From NCBI GenBank assembly GCA_963668175.1, contig OY764159.1:2496001-2560000 (forward strand): DNA of 64,000 nt, given 5' to 3'. The notes beneath the pieces were generated by a model, which was not told the origin of the DNA, did not search any database, and saw only the letters and a program-made list of their open reading frames with translations. Positions within the stretch are counted from its first letter, which is position 1; every line of letters begins with the position of its first letter. This DNA comes from Syntrophales bacterium. GTDB taxonomy: Bacteria > Desulfobacterota > Syntrophia > Syntrophales > PHBD01. Below are positions 23,413 to 34,586 of the stretch, piece by piece. The translations under genes were made by a program, and so were the position numbers.

Positions 23413-25452
23413 CTATACCGTGTTGCCGTCCAGAACCTCCCTGATCTTCCGAGAAATTTCATGGATGCGGAAGGGTTTCTGGATGAAGCCCTGACAGCCG
23501 CGCATCAGGATGCGCCGGGTCTGGTCGTCCAGGCTGTAGCCGGACGCCAGGATCACCTTCACGCCGCCGTCGATGCTTGCAAGGGACTCGAATGTCTTTT
23601 CGCCCGACATTCCCGGCATGATCATGTCGAGAACGACCAGGTCGATCTGGCTGCCGTATTCCATGTAGAGAGAAACGGCTTCCTGGCCGCTGCCCGCCGT
23701 GATAACGCGGTAGCCGAGGTTTTCCAGGATATCCTTCGTGACGGCGGCGATGCTCTGCTCGTCGTCCACGACGAGGATCGTTTCGTGTCCCCTCAGCGCT
23801 TTTTCCGGAGGATTGCCCGCCGTCGTAATTTCATTGACGGAGGCCGGAAGATGGATCGTGAAGGTCGTTCCCCGGCCGGGACTTGACTGGACCGTGATAT
23901 AGCCCCCGTGGTTTTTGACGATCCCGTAAGCGGAAGCCAGGCCCAGGCCCGTACCCCGTCCGGGACCCTTCGTCGTGAAGAACGGATCGAAAATCCTCTC
24001 GAGGGTCTTCTCGTCCATGCCTGCCCCGGTGTCCGCGACGGATATCATGATAAAGCGCCCGGGGGACACTCCGTGGGGCAGAACGTCCGCTGAGCTGCGG
24101 ACGACGTTGCGCGTCTCCAGGAAGATGTCTCCGCCGCCGGGCATCGCCTGGGCTGCGTTGATGAGGACGTTCAGGAAGACCTGTTCGATCTGGCCCTGGT
24201 CCGCGTCCACGGCCCAGATGGGATCTTCAAGCGTCATGGCGATGGCGATCTCTTTGCCCGCGCGGTTGAACATGGAAGCGCTTTTTTCCAGAAGGGCGTT
24301 GATGTCGATGGTCACGATCTCGTATTTACCTCCGCAGGCGAAGCCGAGAAGCTGCTGGGTCAATCGTGCGCCGCTCTCCACGAGTTCTTCGATCTTCTCC
24401 AGGCGGGCACGGTGGACGTCGTCCGGCGCCAGGTCCTTGATCGACATCTCGGTGTTTCCCTGGATGCCCATCAGGATGTTGTTGAAGTCGTGGGCGATGC
24501 CGCCGGCCAGGGTCCCCAGCGCCTCCATCTTCTGCGCGCGCATGAGCTGAAGCTGGAGCTTCTGGTTTTCCTCCATGGCCAGTTTGTGCCCGGTCACGTC
24601 GATACAGACGCCGGATATGGCATTTTCGTCGAGGGACGCGCTCAGGATGATATTGCGGATATCTCCCTGCCGCGTCACGAATTCGACGGCGTGGTTGGTT
24701 ATCCTGCCGTTCCGGCGGAGCATTGCGAGAATATTCTTTCGCTCCTCCGGATCGGCGTAAAAAAGGTTCGAGTTCGTCCGGAGAAGTTCTTCGATCCCGC
24801 CGTAGCCGAAGATGTCGGCCATGGCCTGGTTGGCGAGCCTATATTCGCCCTCGACCGTCGTGCGGTAGATCCCGACGGGGGAATTGTCGACGAGGTTGCG
24901 GTACTGTCTTTCGGAACGGGCCAGTTCTTCCTCCAGACGCTTGCGCCGTGTGTGGTCCCGGAGACATTCGATGGCGCCGATGATGTGGCCGGCAGGATCG
25001 CGCAGGACCGAAGCCGTGGCGTAGAAGTGGGCATCCTCGCCACTCGGCATACCCGGCGCGTAGCCTTCGGCATAGTGAAATTCGTTTTCGCTGTTGACGA
25101 CCGTGTATTGGGACTGGACCGCCTGCGCGGCATCGGGATGGAGGACGAGGTCGATGAGCATCGGCCGTCTTTTGCCGTAAAAGGGCAGGGCGTATTCGTA
25201 GTCTCCCTTGCCGAGCATAGCTTCCGCCGGAACGCCGGTCAGCCTTTCCATGGCGTGGTTCCAGGCGATGACGATGCCGTTCTGGTTGATGACCATCGTC
25301 GCATCGGGAAGAAAATCGACGATGCCGGACATGCGGCGGTTGCCCACCTGAGGGCTTTCTTCCGGCCGTTCCGGTTCGAACACCTGCCGGCGGAGCTCGT
25401 CGATCTCCTGCGCCGGCTTGATTCCCATGGAGCTTACCTTGCTTTTGCTCAT
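23413..25452 (-). CDS. Cytoplasmic PAS hybrid histidine kinase
   Basis: Two PAS domains, [11 protein letters not shown], HATPase and REC; start overlaps the cheW stop by 4 nt. Confidence 0.95.
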   Translation of the reverse strand: MSKSKVSSMGIKPAQEIDELRRQVFEPERPEESPQVGNRRMSGIVDFLPDATMVINQNGIVIAWNHAMERLTGVPAEAMLGKGDYEYALPFYGKRRPMLIDLVLHPDAAQAVQSQYTVVNSENEFHYAEGYAPGMPSGEDAHFYATASVLRDPAGHIIGAIECLRDHTRRKRLEEELARSERQYRNLVDNSPVGIYRTTVEGEYRLANQAMADIFGYGGIEELLRTNSNLFYADPEERKNILAMLRRNGRITNHAVEFVTRQGDIRNIILSASLDENAISGVCIDVTGHKLAMEENQKLQLQLMRAQKMEALGTLAGGIAHDFNNILMGIQGNTEMSIKDLAPDDVHRARLEKIEELVESGARLTQQLLGFACGGKYEIVTIDINALLEKSASMFNRAGKEIAIAMTLEDPIWAVDADQGQIEQVFLNVLINAAQAMPGGGDIFLETRNVVRSSADVLPHGVSPGRFIMISVADTGAGMDEKTLERIFDPFFTTKGPGRGTGLGLASAYGIVKNHGGYITVQSSPGRGTTFTIHLPASVNEITTAGNPPEKALRGHETILVVDDEQSIAAVTKDILENLGYRVITAGSGQEAVSLYMEYGSQIDLVVLDMIMPGMSGEKTFESLASIDGGVKVILASGYSLDDQTRRILMRGCQGFIQKPFRIHEISRKIREVLDGNTV

Positions 25453-25955
25453 GCCACCTTTTCGAAGAGATCGGAGCCGGCGATGGCTCCGCCGAGGACC
25501 TTGTCGATATCGAGAAGCATCTTCACGCCCCCGGCCGCTTTCGCCATGCCGAGGATATACTCCGTATTCAGTTTGGCCCCGAAGTCGGGCGCATCTTCGA
25601 TATCGGCCGCCTTGATATTCAAAACCTCGGAGACGGAATCCACGACGATTCCGGTATTGACCGCCCGGCCTTCGCCGGAGAGTTCCACGACGATGATGCA
25701 GGTCCTTTCGTTGTAGTCGATGGCGTTCATGCCGAACTTGAGGCGGAGATCGACGACCGGGATGACCTTGCCCCGCAGGTTGATGACCCCCTTGATGTAA
25801 TGGGGCGTCTGGGGTATGGACGTGATGGTCATCATCCCGATGATCTCCCTGACCTTCAGAATGCCGATGCCGTACTCTTCGCCGCCGAGAGAAAACGTCA
25901 GGTATTTCCCCTCCCGAGTTGCCGTGTTTCCTTCCGCTGCTTGACGATCGCTCAT
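25449..25955 (-). CDS. cheW: Chemotaxis adaptor CheW
   Basis: YLTFSLGGEEYGI...GVINLRGKVIPVVDLR...GIVVDSVSEV. Confidence 0.96.
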   Translation of the reverse strand: MSDRQAAEGNTATREGKYLTFSLGGEEYGIGILKVREIIGMMTITSIPQTPHYIKGVINLRGKVIPVVDLRLKFGMNAIDYNERTCIIVVELSGEGRAVNTGIVVDSVSEVLNIKAADIEDAPDFGAKLNTEYILGMAKAAGGVKMLLDIDKVLGGAIAGSDLFEKVA

Positions 25956-26530
25956 GTTTCCCCCCTTGGTTCCGTTTTATTGAAAGGGCTTACGTCATCG
26001 GCCGGATGCCGCCGCCTTCGCCCTGTATGGCTTGTTCTTTAGGGGCCGTGGGCCCGTCTGTCCGCTCATACGTATTCCCTGCCGCCGCACGGCATGCGTC
26101 GGTCGGCCGTCTTACCGACGATGGAGACGCAGGTCTTACCCCCCGGGCGCACCGGCGCCCCTGCGGGGATATTCGCCCCGGCCGAAGGGATGAGCACTGA
26201 ACGCGTGATGGATAGTCCGGTCTGTAGAGACCGAGGAAGGAGTGTTTTCCGATAAGGAAAGAAGCTCTCCGTGGTTGTCGCAGCTGTAAAGGAAGGGGGA
26301 ATATCCGTCCGCCTCCCGGCAGGCGACGCGACAGGTACAGGTCTGTGAGCGGTCCTCCGACACCTTGCCACCGTTGGATGTGTAGCCGGAGAAGTTGTCA
26401 TAATACAAATGTATAACATTAGTATAAGCATTATATCGGTTTGTTTTAATAGAACGATGGCACGATTTTACTAAGGCAAGTCGCTTAAAAGATCAATATT
26501 AAATAATCTTTGGGAAATCTTAGGTGAAAT

Positions 26531-28666
26531 CTAATTTTGCCTGAGGGTGGACAGGTAGGCCCGGAGGTTGTGCTTCTTGGTGAGTTTCAATTTCTTCCGG
26601 ATGCTGTAGCGATGGAAGTTGACGGACCCCTCGGAAATGCCGAGTATTTTTGTGATCTCTTTCGTCACCTTGCCTTCTTCGATCAGGGCGGCGATCTGGA
26701 GTTCCCGGTTGGTCAGGTTCATGTATTTCGAAGAAAGCTTCCGGACGAACGGGGAGACGATCTCCTTCAGTTTCTCCTCGATGAGTTCGACATGGAGCAT
26801 CGCGACCCTTCCTTCCAGTTTCTCCCTGAGTTTTTCGATCTGGGGCTGGACGAGGACCTTGATGTTGGCGACGATCTGTTCTTCGAGCTCATTCTTGTCG
26901 TTGACCCGCTGATTCAGGAGGACGCGGAGGGCGGCATTCAGGTCTTCCTGCTCGCGGGTCTTCTTCTCCAATTCCAGGCCCCTCGATTTGAGCATCTCTT
27001 CCGCAAGCTTGCGGTCGGTGATGTCCCGGAGGGATTCTATGGCGCCGATGATCTGTCCCCTGCCGTCGGAAAGAGGGCTTGCGTTTCCCCAGACATACCC
27101 CCCGGTCCCCTTGAAACTGGGGACCCAGCTTTCGTTGACGATCATGTCGTTTTCCCGGCGGACGACGGTGTCGTACCATTCGGCGGTCCTGATGCCCGCG
27201 CCGAGGGCAAGGTCGATGAGCATGGGGCGGCGCTTGCCGTAAAATGGAAGGGCGTATTCGTAATCGGACTTCCCTATCATCTCCTCGGCCTTCACGCCGG
27301 TCATTTCCTCCATGGCGCGATTCCAGAAGATGACCCGGCCCGCGGTATCGATGACAAACGTCGCATCGGGGAGAAAGGCGATGATCTGGGCCAGCCGCTG
27401 CCTGGACTCCCTCAGTTCTTCCTCCGCCCGCCGCCGCTCGGTGACGTCCCGGGCGATGTAGCGGAATCCCGAAGCTTCGCCCGCGGCGTTCCGCTTGAGA
27501 TTCACCGTCATTTCGACGAGCCGCACGTTGCCGTCTTTCCCAATGATTTCGAAATCGCCGATCTGCGATTTCTCTCCGGTCCGGCGGATGCGTCCGAAGA
27601 AGACCCTCATCGTTCTGGCCGTTTGCTGCGACGTGTACTGCCGGTAGTTCATGGTCATGAGCTCGCGCCGGGAATAGCCGGTGATGCGGCAGGCCGGATC
27701 GCTGCAGAAGGTGATGTTGCCGGCCAGGTCGATCTCCACGTAGGCCTCGTCGATGCTCTCCAGGATGGTGCGGTGCTTCTCTTCGCTCTGCCTCAAGGCC
27801 TCGACGGCATGGATGCGTTCGGTGATGTCCCGGGCGTAGCCGGTCGTGCCGATGACGGCGCCCGAGGCGTCCCGGACGGAAGCCGTGAAGACTTCCTGCC
27901 AGTGCGTCTCTCCGTTGCAGAAGACCGGCCGCTCCATCATGACGGGTTCTCCCGTCTCCATCGCCGTCATATCGGTCTGGTGGTATATCTCCGCCAGGCC
28001 GGCAGGGAAAATTTCCGCGTCCGTCCTGCCGACGATTTCCTCCGCAGTGCGGTGTCCTGTGGTCGAGATAAACGCCTGGTTGGCCGCGAGGTATCGGCCG
28101 TGCCTGTCCTTCAGCCAGACGATGCCCGGCTGGTTTTCAATGATGGCCGTGAGGTACGATTCGCGGTGGCGGAGGGCGGTTTCGGTCTCCTTGATTTCCG
28201 TGACGTCCAGGACGGTGCCGATGATGGCGGGTCTGCCCCGATAGGACGTCCGGGAGCTGTAGACGGCCGCATATCTCGCTTCGCCGCCCTTGCGCAGGAT
28301 CCGGAATTCGTATCGGACGGATTTGTTCTTGCCGTCGATGCGGTCGCGAATGGTCCGGCGCACCAGGGGCAGGTCGTCGGGATGGATGAGGTCCGCCACG
28401 GTCAGGCCCAACACCGTTTCGCTGAAGCCGTAACCGAAGATGGCGGCGAATTCGCTGTTCGCGTATTTGATCGCGTCGTCCTGGATGAGATAGATGCCGA
28501 CGATGGCCTTCTCCGCCAGGTCGCGGAACATGCCTTCCGATTCCCGCAGGCCGTCCTCGATGCGCTTGTGTTCGGCCTCGGCGTGCTCCAGATCGCCGAT
28601 TCGCCGGCGCAGGCCGGATATCTCTTCGATCAGGTCTTCCCGTGTTCTGGTCCGGTCGCCCATCAT
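26531..28666 (-). CDS. Multi-PAS LuxR-family transcriptional regulator
   Basis: Four PAS repeats, coiled coil LNAALRVLL and C-terminal LTNRELQIA...VNFHRYSIRKKL HTH. Confidence 0.92.
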   Translation of the reverse strand: MMGDRTRTREDLIEEISGLRRRIGDLEHAEAEHKRIEDGLRESEGMFRDLAEKAIVGIYLIQDDAIKYANSEFAAIFGYGFSETVLGLTVADLIHPDDLPLVRRTIRDRIDGKNKSVRYEFRILRKGGEARYAAVYSSRTSYRGRPAIIGTVLDVTEIKETETALRHRESYLTAIIENQPGIVWLKDRHGRYLAANQAFISTTGHRTAEEIVGRTDAEIFPAGLAEIYHQTDMTAMETGEPVMMERPVFCNGETHWQEVFTASVRDASGAVIGTTGYARDITERIHAVEALRQSEEKHRTILESIDEAYVEIDLAGNITFCSDPACRITGYSRRELMTMNYRQYTSQQTARTMRVFFGRIRRTGEKSQIGDFEIIGKDGNVRLVEMTVNLKRNAAGEASGFRYIARDVTERRRAEEELRESRQRLAQIIAFLPDATFVIDTAGRVIFWNRAMEEMTGVKAEEMIGKSDYEYALPFYGKRRPMLIDLALGAGIRTAEWYDTVVRRENDMIVNESWVPSFKGTGGYVWGNASPLSDGRGQIIGAIESLRDITDRKLAEEMLKSRGLELEKKTREQEDLNAALRVLLNQRVNDKNELEEQIVANIKVLVQPQIEKLREKLEGRVAMLHVELIEEKLKEIVSPFVRKLSSKYMNLTNRELQIAALIEEGKVTKEITKILGISEGSVNFHRYSIRKKLKLTKKHNLRAYLSTLRQN

Positions 28667-29341
28667 ATATACTCTATGGCGTCTTGCGCCGCATTAAGTT
28701 CGAAACGGACGCGAGTCCTTGTTCTGCATGGTAATACCTGTCCGGTAGGCTGTCGTATGCTATGGGGACTGTAGCATGGCACTGCTGACGATTGACATGG
28801 GGCGGGGCGGAAGGCGCATAACGGGTGTCTGACGGTCCTGACGCAGGCCCGCCTCCACCCGTTCGAGGCGCGGCTTCTGCATGCTCCATATCCCGGAATT
28901 CCAGGCGCAGGAAGGATGTCCGGCGGATCATGTCCCGGTCGATATCCAGGGCAGGTCCGCTGTTGTTAAATTTTTTTCTCCCGGCAAACGTCGATGATTA
29001 AAGCCTAGACAGGCGGTTTATTCAGTGTTGCGTAGTTATACTTTGGATATGGTTACCGCATACATTCGCGGATGTCAAATAAAATGTGACAACCTGCGTG
29101 ATCCCTTTCTGCTTTGCATGACAGATAGAGGTCGATTTCCGAGGATCGGGAAGGCTTTCGGTGAGTGCATGGTTCCCGAATATTTTTCTGCCTGGATTTG
29201 TCCCGAGTCGCGGATGTGGCTGAAGGACGGAAGGATCATGGCAGGCGGGCGGGATGAAGGCCCGGGTGCACATTCGGGTGGCGCGTGTTGCCTTTTTTTG
29301 AGGCCGCGTCGGGATAAGCGGCCGGGGGCCTTTATAACCGT

Positions 29342-30214
29342 TCAGAAAGACTGGCAGTGCTCTTCGATCTCCTTTTCCACGGCGGGACGCCAGGACTTGA
29401 AATCGCCGAGAAGCGGTTCGAGAGACGAAAATTCGGGGAAGGCGTTACGGATTTCGTCGTTGGCCGAATCCCGGAATGCGTGATTCACGTAAACGTTGGC
29501 GGCATAGACTGCGAGGTGCAGCCAGAAATCGAACGTCGTTCTCTTCACTTCATGGTGGTACTCGATGGCGTCGGCAAGCTGGGCGGGAAAATGCCACTTC
29601 CGGACCAGGTGGCCGCCGATGGCGGCATGGTCGATCGGCAGGGTCTTTCTTTCGGCGTCGATGAAGGACAGGCCTTCCTCCTTCTGCGCCGCAAGCACCG
29701 ATCCGAAGAGGTCGGGCAGATGACGCGCCATGACGAGCTTCCCGATATCGTGGAGGAGGCCGGCGACAAAGGCGTCGGACGGGGGGGCGATCTTGGCCGA
29801 TTCGGTGAGATACCGGCTGGTGACGGCCACGGCGATCGAGTGTTTCCAGAGGTCCCGGATGTCGAAGTGGTCGTATTTGGTCTTCATGCGGAACATGTCG
29901 ATGGCGGCCACGGTGGCTATGGAGTTGCGCACCGACTCGAACCCCATGATCATCAGGGCCTGGGATATGTCGGCTATCCCCGAGCGGCGGGCATACAGGT
30001 ACGAATTGACGAGCCTTAGGACCTTGGCCGTGATGACCTGGTCCTTTTCGATGACTTCCTGGAGTTTGGTGTTCGATACGTCGACGTCCTGGAGCATCCG
30101 GTTGATTTCCAGGAGGACGTGGGGAACGGTCGGCAGGTCTTTGACGGTGTCTATCTGGTCCAGAACGGCCTGGCGGGCCTCGCTCTTTTCGAAATCGTTC
30201 ATGCTGAAATCCAT
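29342..30214 (-). CDS. HDOD domain protein
   Basis: LPTVP, DQVITAKVLRLVNS, LWKHS, AGLLHDIGK and IEYHH motifs. Confidence 0.93.
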   Translation of the reverse strand: MDFSMNDFEKSEARQAVLDQIDTVKDLPTVPHVLLEINRMLQDVDVSNTKLQEVIEKDQVITAKVLRLVNSYLYARRSGIADISQALMIMGFESVRNSIATVAAIDMFRMKTKYDHFDIRDLWKHSIAVAVTSRYLTESAKIAPPSDAFVAGLLHDIGKLVMARHLPDLFGSVLAAQKEEGLSFIDAERKTLPIDHAAIGGHLVRKWHFPAQLADAIEYHHEVKRTTFDFWLHLAVYAANVYVNHAFRDSANDEIRNAFPEFSSLEPLLGDFKSWRPAVEKEIEEHCQSF

Positions 30215-30288
30215 CCTTTTCTATGTTCTTGGGGCCTTTTTACCGGCCGGGCTTTCTTCCGGAGGCGGATTGTGCACGCCTGCGGCCT

Positions 30289-30702
30289 TCACATGAACAG
30301 GCCGAGAAGTTCCGGCAGGCTTCTCACGATCTGGCCGCGGCCGGAGTCGATGTAAATGCCGATCTGGGCGATAAGCGACCAGGCGAAGGCGAACTGAGCG
30401 AGGGCGAAGCCCGCGATCGTGAACTGGCTCACGCTCACGACGCCGACGCCGAACTGCGACAGGGTGAAAACGCCGCAGGCGAACTGGCCGATGGCGACGA
30501 CGCCCCTGGCCGGAACCGGCATCCGGTTGGGCCGGTACTTGAAGGAGATGTGGACCAGGGGGAGCCCCCAGAGTTCCGCCTCCGTCCTGTACTCGAATCC
30601 CCATCCGTCCCGCCTGTCGCGGGCGGGGCGGGGCGCGCCGCAGTGCGGGCAGGACACAGCCTCATCCGATATGTCTTGTCCGCATTCCCGGCAGGGTTTC
30701 AT
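30289..30702 (-). CDS. Zinc-ribbon domain membrane protein
   Basis: CRECG...CPHCG, followed by a GLPLVHI...ARGVVAIG hydrophobic region. Confidence 0.85.
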   Translation of the reverse strand: MKPCRECGQDISDEAVSCPHCGAPRPARDRRDGWGFEYRTEAELWGLPLVHISFKYRPNRMPVPARGVVAIGQFACGVFTLSQFGVGVVSVSQFTIAGFALAQFAFAWSLIAQIGIYIDSGRGQIVRSLPELLGLFM

Positions 30703-30766
30703 GAAAGTCCATTCTCCCTAAAGCCGTCGCCGGTGCTTTTCACCGGCGCAGGGCGCTTGGCCTTCG

Positions 30767-31075
30767 CTATCCGAAGAGCATCTTCAGCCGTTCGAGAAAA
30801 GTCGGCCTGTACTCGTTCATCCGGTTCCGGTATTCGTCGATGGACTTGAATTCGACATAGTGGATGACGGCGTCCCACGCCACCGAGGCCTGGGTGTTCG
30901 AGACCCACGATTCTCCGTCCACGTGGGGTATCCGCCCCGAGACGAACAGCCGCCCTTCGCGCCTCACAAAATGGGGGTATTCCATGAGGATGCCGTCCTC
31001 GCACCCCCGGGGCGCGTCGGCCAGATATAAAATCACGACCTTGCCGCCGAAGTCCGGCAGCCCGTTGTCTTCCAT
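30767..31075 (-). CDS. Hypothetical protein
   Basis: MEDNGLPDFGGKVVILYL... with GGAG RBS; host-like codon usage. The longer 5' extension looks non-coding. Confidence 0.65.
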   Translation of the reverse strand: MEDNGLPDFGGKVVILYLADAPRGCEDGILMEYPHFVRREGRLFVSGRIPHVDGESWVSNTQASVAWDAVIHYVEFKSIDEYRNRMNEYRPTFLERLKMLFG

Positions 31076-31511
31076 GTGATGCTCCGATCCGCTTATCGCA
31101 AATATAATAGCCCGTGACCGTCCTTCATGCCCCGGACCGTAATTCCTTATACCAAAAATGCTTGAGGGAAAGCAAAAGCAATTCGAGGGGCGAAGTCCGC
31201 CTCCGTCCCCCGGCCTCTCCTCCGACGTGTTGCACGGGCGAACAAGGAGACGGAAAGAAGCGTTCCCAGGGCAGTTCCTCCGGACCGACAGGTCCCGTCC
31301 GGCGGCGTTTCCGCTTTTGCGGCGATGGAGAGCCTTCCCGTCCCCGCCCCATATGTCCTTCTTCATCGGCAGTCTGCGGATATTCTGTAGGAAATATCGG
31401 ACGTGTCCCGATATCATGGGGAAAAAAGGGGGGAGGTGCCGCCCGGAAGACCTCAGGAAGAAGCCTTCCGGGCGGGTTGAGGGGAAAGGAGGGAAGTGGA
31501 ACCTGACGACG

Positions 31512-34500
31512 CTATATGTTTAATTTGTTCAGAAAATCGAGAAGGTACGTCCCGCCGACGCCGCCGAAGGGGATGAAGAGGGCCTGGATGGCCGGGTGCT
31601 GGGAGAACGGCGCAAAGGCCCCTTCGCGGGTGTCACGGATCTCATTAACGACGAATTCAAAGAGCCTGATCCCGTCCATGTCGCTTTGGGCAACGGCCTG
31701 CGCATACGGTATCCGGAGGCGATCCAGGGAAGACTTGCGCAGCCTTTCCGCGGAACGCCTGAGCAGAAAGGCACTGCTCCAGACGATCACGAGGCATAAT
31801 GTGAAAACCATAATGTCTCCGGCGGACATGACCCAGTTATCGAAATAATCAAATCGCCCCAGGAAAAGAATAAACCAGACGATAAACGGGCAGAAGATAA
31901 GTTTTCCGACGGCATCGGTTCGCTTTGCCACCAGACGGACGATTAGCCATGCTTCCAGAGCTATAATTTTCGAACATCGGGCTGTTCTACAATTTAAACA
32001 TGTCACGCGGAGTAGTTCCTGCAACATATTGTTTCCAAACCAAGAGGCTCCTTTCTCGGCGGCCAGTCTGATGAAGTGACGGCAGATACGCGTGATGTCC
32101 AGAACATAAAAGGTGAGACACGTAAATGCGAATCCGGACAGATAGATGATTTTGTCATCGACCCAGAGGCTGAACGCACCGCGAGCCGGTCGGAGCGGCG
32201 AATTGAAGGCATCTAAGATTGACAAGCACAATGCCAAAGTGAGGAAATAGAGAATAAGAACGCGCTCTGTACGCTGGTCGTTCTTATCCTCCCGGAGGTA
32301 GTCCATCCAAAGTTGGCCTATGGGTTGTCTATTGGGAGGATGTGTCGTCCATTGCCCATGGAAAGAGGTCAGCCAGTTCTTGACGTTCAGCACGGTGCTC
32401 AAGAGAGAAGGCAAGATTAAGGCGATCTTTTCCCATGGCAGGGTATTGCTTTGGCCCTGGGGGTAGGCTGCGAAGCGGAAATCGTCGCGGATGAGTTCCT
32501 CGTTCTCTCGGAGCTTCCTACGGGAGTTCCGCCAAAAAAATACGGAAAGGACGACGGCAAACAATCGGACCATTTCTGTAGGCCAGATACTGACGCCCTC
32601 CATGATGAAGAACGGTTCCTCCCGAGGATTTCTGAGAATACCGTAGTAGAATAGACAAACCAGGAACATTGCAACTGCAACAGCAAGAAAGACGAACCGC
32701 AAATTCTTGGACAGAATAGCGGTCACGCTTGTGAAGGTATTTTCGTGTACAAAGCAAAGAATCAGGAATGCAATGGCAATAATAATGATAATGATCCACA
32801 TCCATTTCAAAAAAATATCCCTTACGTTTTCGCTTCGATGCACGGTTGGCTGGGCAAGGCCGTCCTTTGCCTCGATATCGGTCAGGAGAACCGGTTGACT
32901 TCGGCCTATTTCGAAAAGCAAGGGCGGCGGTAACGTATCGAGATAGATCTTTTCCGGACTGTTCTCCTTCGTGAAGATTTTCAGAATCGTATAGAAGAGT
33001 GCTGTCTGATAACTGTCGCGGAAAGGGGGAACGGAGCCCTGAAGATCGACGGTTTTATCTTTTCGTAATGAGAGATCGAAATGGGAGGCGACAACAAGAT
33101 TCCGTGTCCATGGCAGATAGGCGGGATGAAGGAGGCGCGCATCCAGGTCCGTCGTAAAGAATATGGCCCGGGGAAAGTGCTGGCGGAATGCCTGCAGCGC
33201 CAGAAACTTGTCATAGAAATCGTTGCCCAGGATGCCGATGGCCTTGATCCCTCTTTCATGATCTTCAATTCTCAAGTCCTGATCGAGGCGCTTGGTTTCC
33301 AGCGCCAAACGCCGGAGATAGTCGAACTGACTGCGCCCGGTCGGCTGCTCGATTCTTTTCAGTTCTTCGAGGTCGGTATCTTTTTCCTTTTCCTTCTTTT
33401 TCGCTTCCCGGCCGTTCTGATCCCCCGTCACTTCTTCCTGGTTTCCGGGGATAATACCGTCAATGCCTCGCATATACGTGTATAGATGCAGCGTATTGTC
33501 GACGTTCTCATCGGGAAGCCTGCCTTCTATTGCTTTTGTCATCGCTTTCTTAAAGGCCTCGGGCAATTGCCGACCATACAGGGTGTCCATCTCGCCGACA
33601 AGGACGATGTGGTCACCCTTCCTGGGATCTATCCCGCGATTTGACAGCTCATTAATGAGGCTTTCCGCTATTGTTTGGTTCGTTCCAATCGTCCTGGCGT
33701 ATTCGATCCCGTGTTTAGACAGGCGCCAGATAATCTCAAATTCAGTCGTCTCCGATGTTCCCGTTAAGTTCATCAGCGGATCGTATAATGCGTGGTCGTC
33801 AACTGTGGCCATAGCCGAGAACATTTGGATGTGAGGAACCACGATAGAGTCCCGAGAATAAAAATTCGCGAATTGTATCATTTGCTGAAGCGTATCCGAG
33901 CCCGCGGGACCAATGATCCGAAAATGGACTCGATCGTCATCTCCGCGCAGACACTCGTTCAGACGCGACAAGCGAGTGAAGGGATCTTCTTTAAGGAAAT
34001 CGTCGTTCAGCCATAAGAGCAGGACGGCTTCGTCATTCCTGGAGTGGATAAACCATTCGAAAGGCGTGATGTTGGTCAACAACGGCCTGACAAACGTTAT
34101 ACGGTGGTCGGTTGTGATTTTCATATAATCGATATGATCAGGGTCCTTAGGCAGGAAGCCTCTTCTGCCGAGGGCGGAGAGAGCTGCATAACGCAGACGG
34201 ATGCGTTGCTCCGTATCTTCCGAATAAGGACCTCCGGAAACCATGATGCCCAAGATAGTTATGTGTCTACGGGCGTTAATTGCGCCTTTGAATTGATTTA
34301 CGACAAGGGGTTCGACGAGCTGCGTTTGGGTGCGTCCGGCGCACAACGTACATTGACCGGATACCGTGACGGAATGCGAGGTTTCGGGTGCTTTCGTATG
34401 ATCGATGACGGCCCGGAAGGGGTCCTGCCAGAGGCGGGCGGGCACTTTCTGCAAGGGATCGTAGACCTTGGTTTCGGTCGGCCGGAACGATTTGTACGGG

Positions 34501-34586
34501 GCCTGGACGAAGAAACTGATCCCCATGGCGGCCAAAAAGATGGCCAGGCCGGAAAAGGGCAGCATGGACCTGTTGTCGTTACCCAT
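31512..34586 (-). CDS. Large polytopic membrane protein of unknown function
   Basis: 1024-aa ORF: N-terminal TM, long soluble alpha/beta region (PARLWQDPF; AIGILGNDFYDKFLALQAFR...FFTTDLDARLLHP), multiple C-terminal TMs. Confidence 0.85.
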   Translation of the reverse strand: MGNDNRSMLPFSGLAIFLAAMGISFFVQAPYKSFRPTETKVYDPLQKVPARLWQDPFRAVIDHTKAPETSHSVTVSGQCTLCAGRTQTQLVEPLVVNQFKGAINARRHITILGIMVSGGPYSEDTEQRIRLRYAALSALGRRGFLPKDPDHIDYMKITTDHRITFVRPLLTNITPFEWFIHSRNDEAVLLLWLNDDFLKEDPFTRLSRLNECLRGDDDRVHFRIIGPAGSDTLQQMIQFANFYSRDSIVVPHIQMFSAMATVDDHALYDPLMNLTGTSETTEFEIIWRLSKHGIEYARTIGTNQTIAESLINELSNRGIDPRKGDHIVLVGEMDTLYGRQLPEAFKKAMTKAIEGRLPDENVDNTLHLYTYMRGIDGIIPGNQEEVTGDQNGREAKKKEKEKDTDLEELKRIEQPTGRSQFDYLRRLALETKRLDQDLRIEDHERGIKAIGILGNDFYDKFLALQAFRQHFPRAIFFTTDLDARLLHPAYLPWTRNLVVASHFDLSLRKDKTVDLQGSVPPFRDSYQTALFYTILKIFTKENSPEKIYLDTLPPPLLFEIGRSQPVLLTDIEAKDGLAQPTVHRSENVRDIFLKWMWIIIIIIAIAFLILCFVHENTFTSVTAILSKNLRFVFLAVAVAMFLVCLFYYGILRNPREEPFFIMEGVSIWPTEMVRLFAVVLSVFFWRNSRRKLRENEELIRDDFRFAAYPQGQSNTLPWEKIALILPSLLSTVLNVKNWLTSFHGQWTTHPPNRQPIGQLWMDYLREDKNDQRTERVLILYFLTLALCLSILDAFNSPLRPARGAFSLWVDDKIIYLSGFAFTCLTFYVLDITRICRHFIRLAAEKGASWFGNNMLQELLRVTCLNCRTARCSKIIALEAWLIVRLVAKRTDAVGKLIFCPFIVWFILFLGRFDYFDNWVMSAGDIMVFTLCLVIVWSSAFLLRRSAERLRKSSLDRLRIPYAQAVAQSDMDGIRLFEFVVNEIRDTREGAFAPFSQHPAIQALFIPFGGVGGTYLLDFLNKLNI

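Noticed and set aside
26458..26473. TGGCACGATTTTACTA sigma-54-like motif
   Set aside because: No GC at -12, and it points into the 3' end of an opposite-strand gene.
20603..26530. c-di-GMP (GEMM) riboswitches expected upstream of MCP/cheW genes
   Set aside because: No GGCAAAC...GAAA...GACGCAAAG pattern was found by eye on either strand of the intergenic regions.
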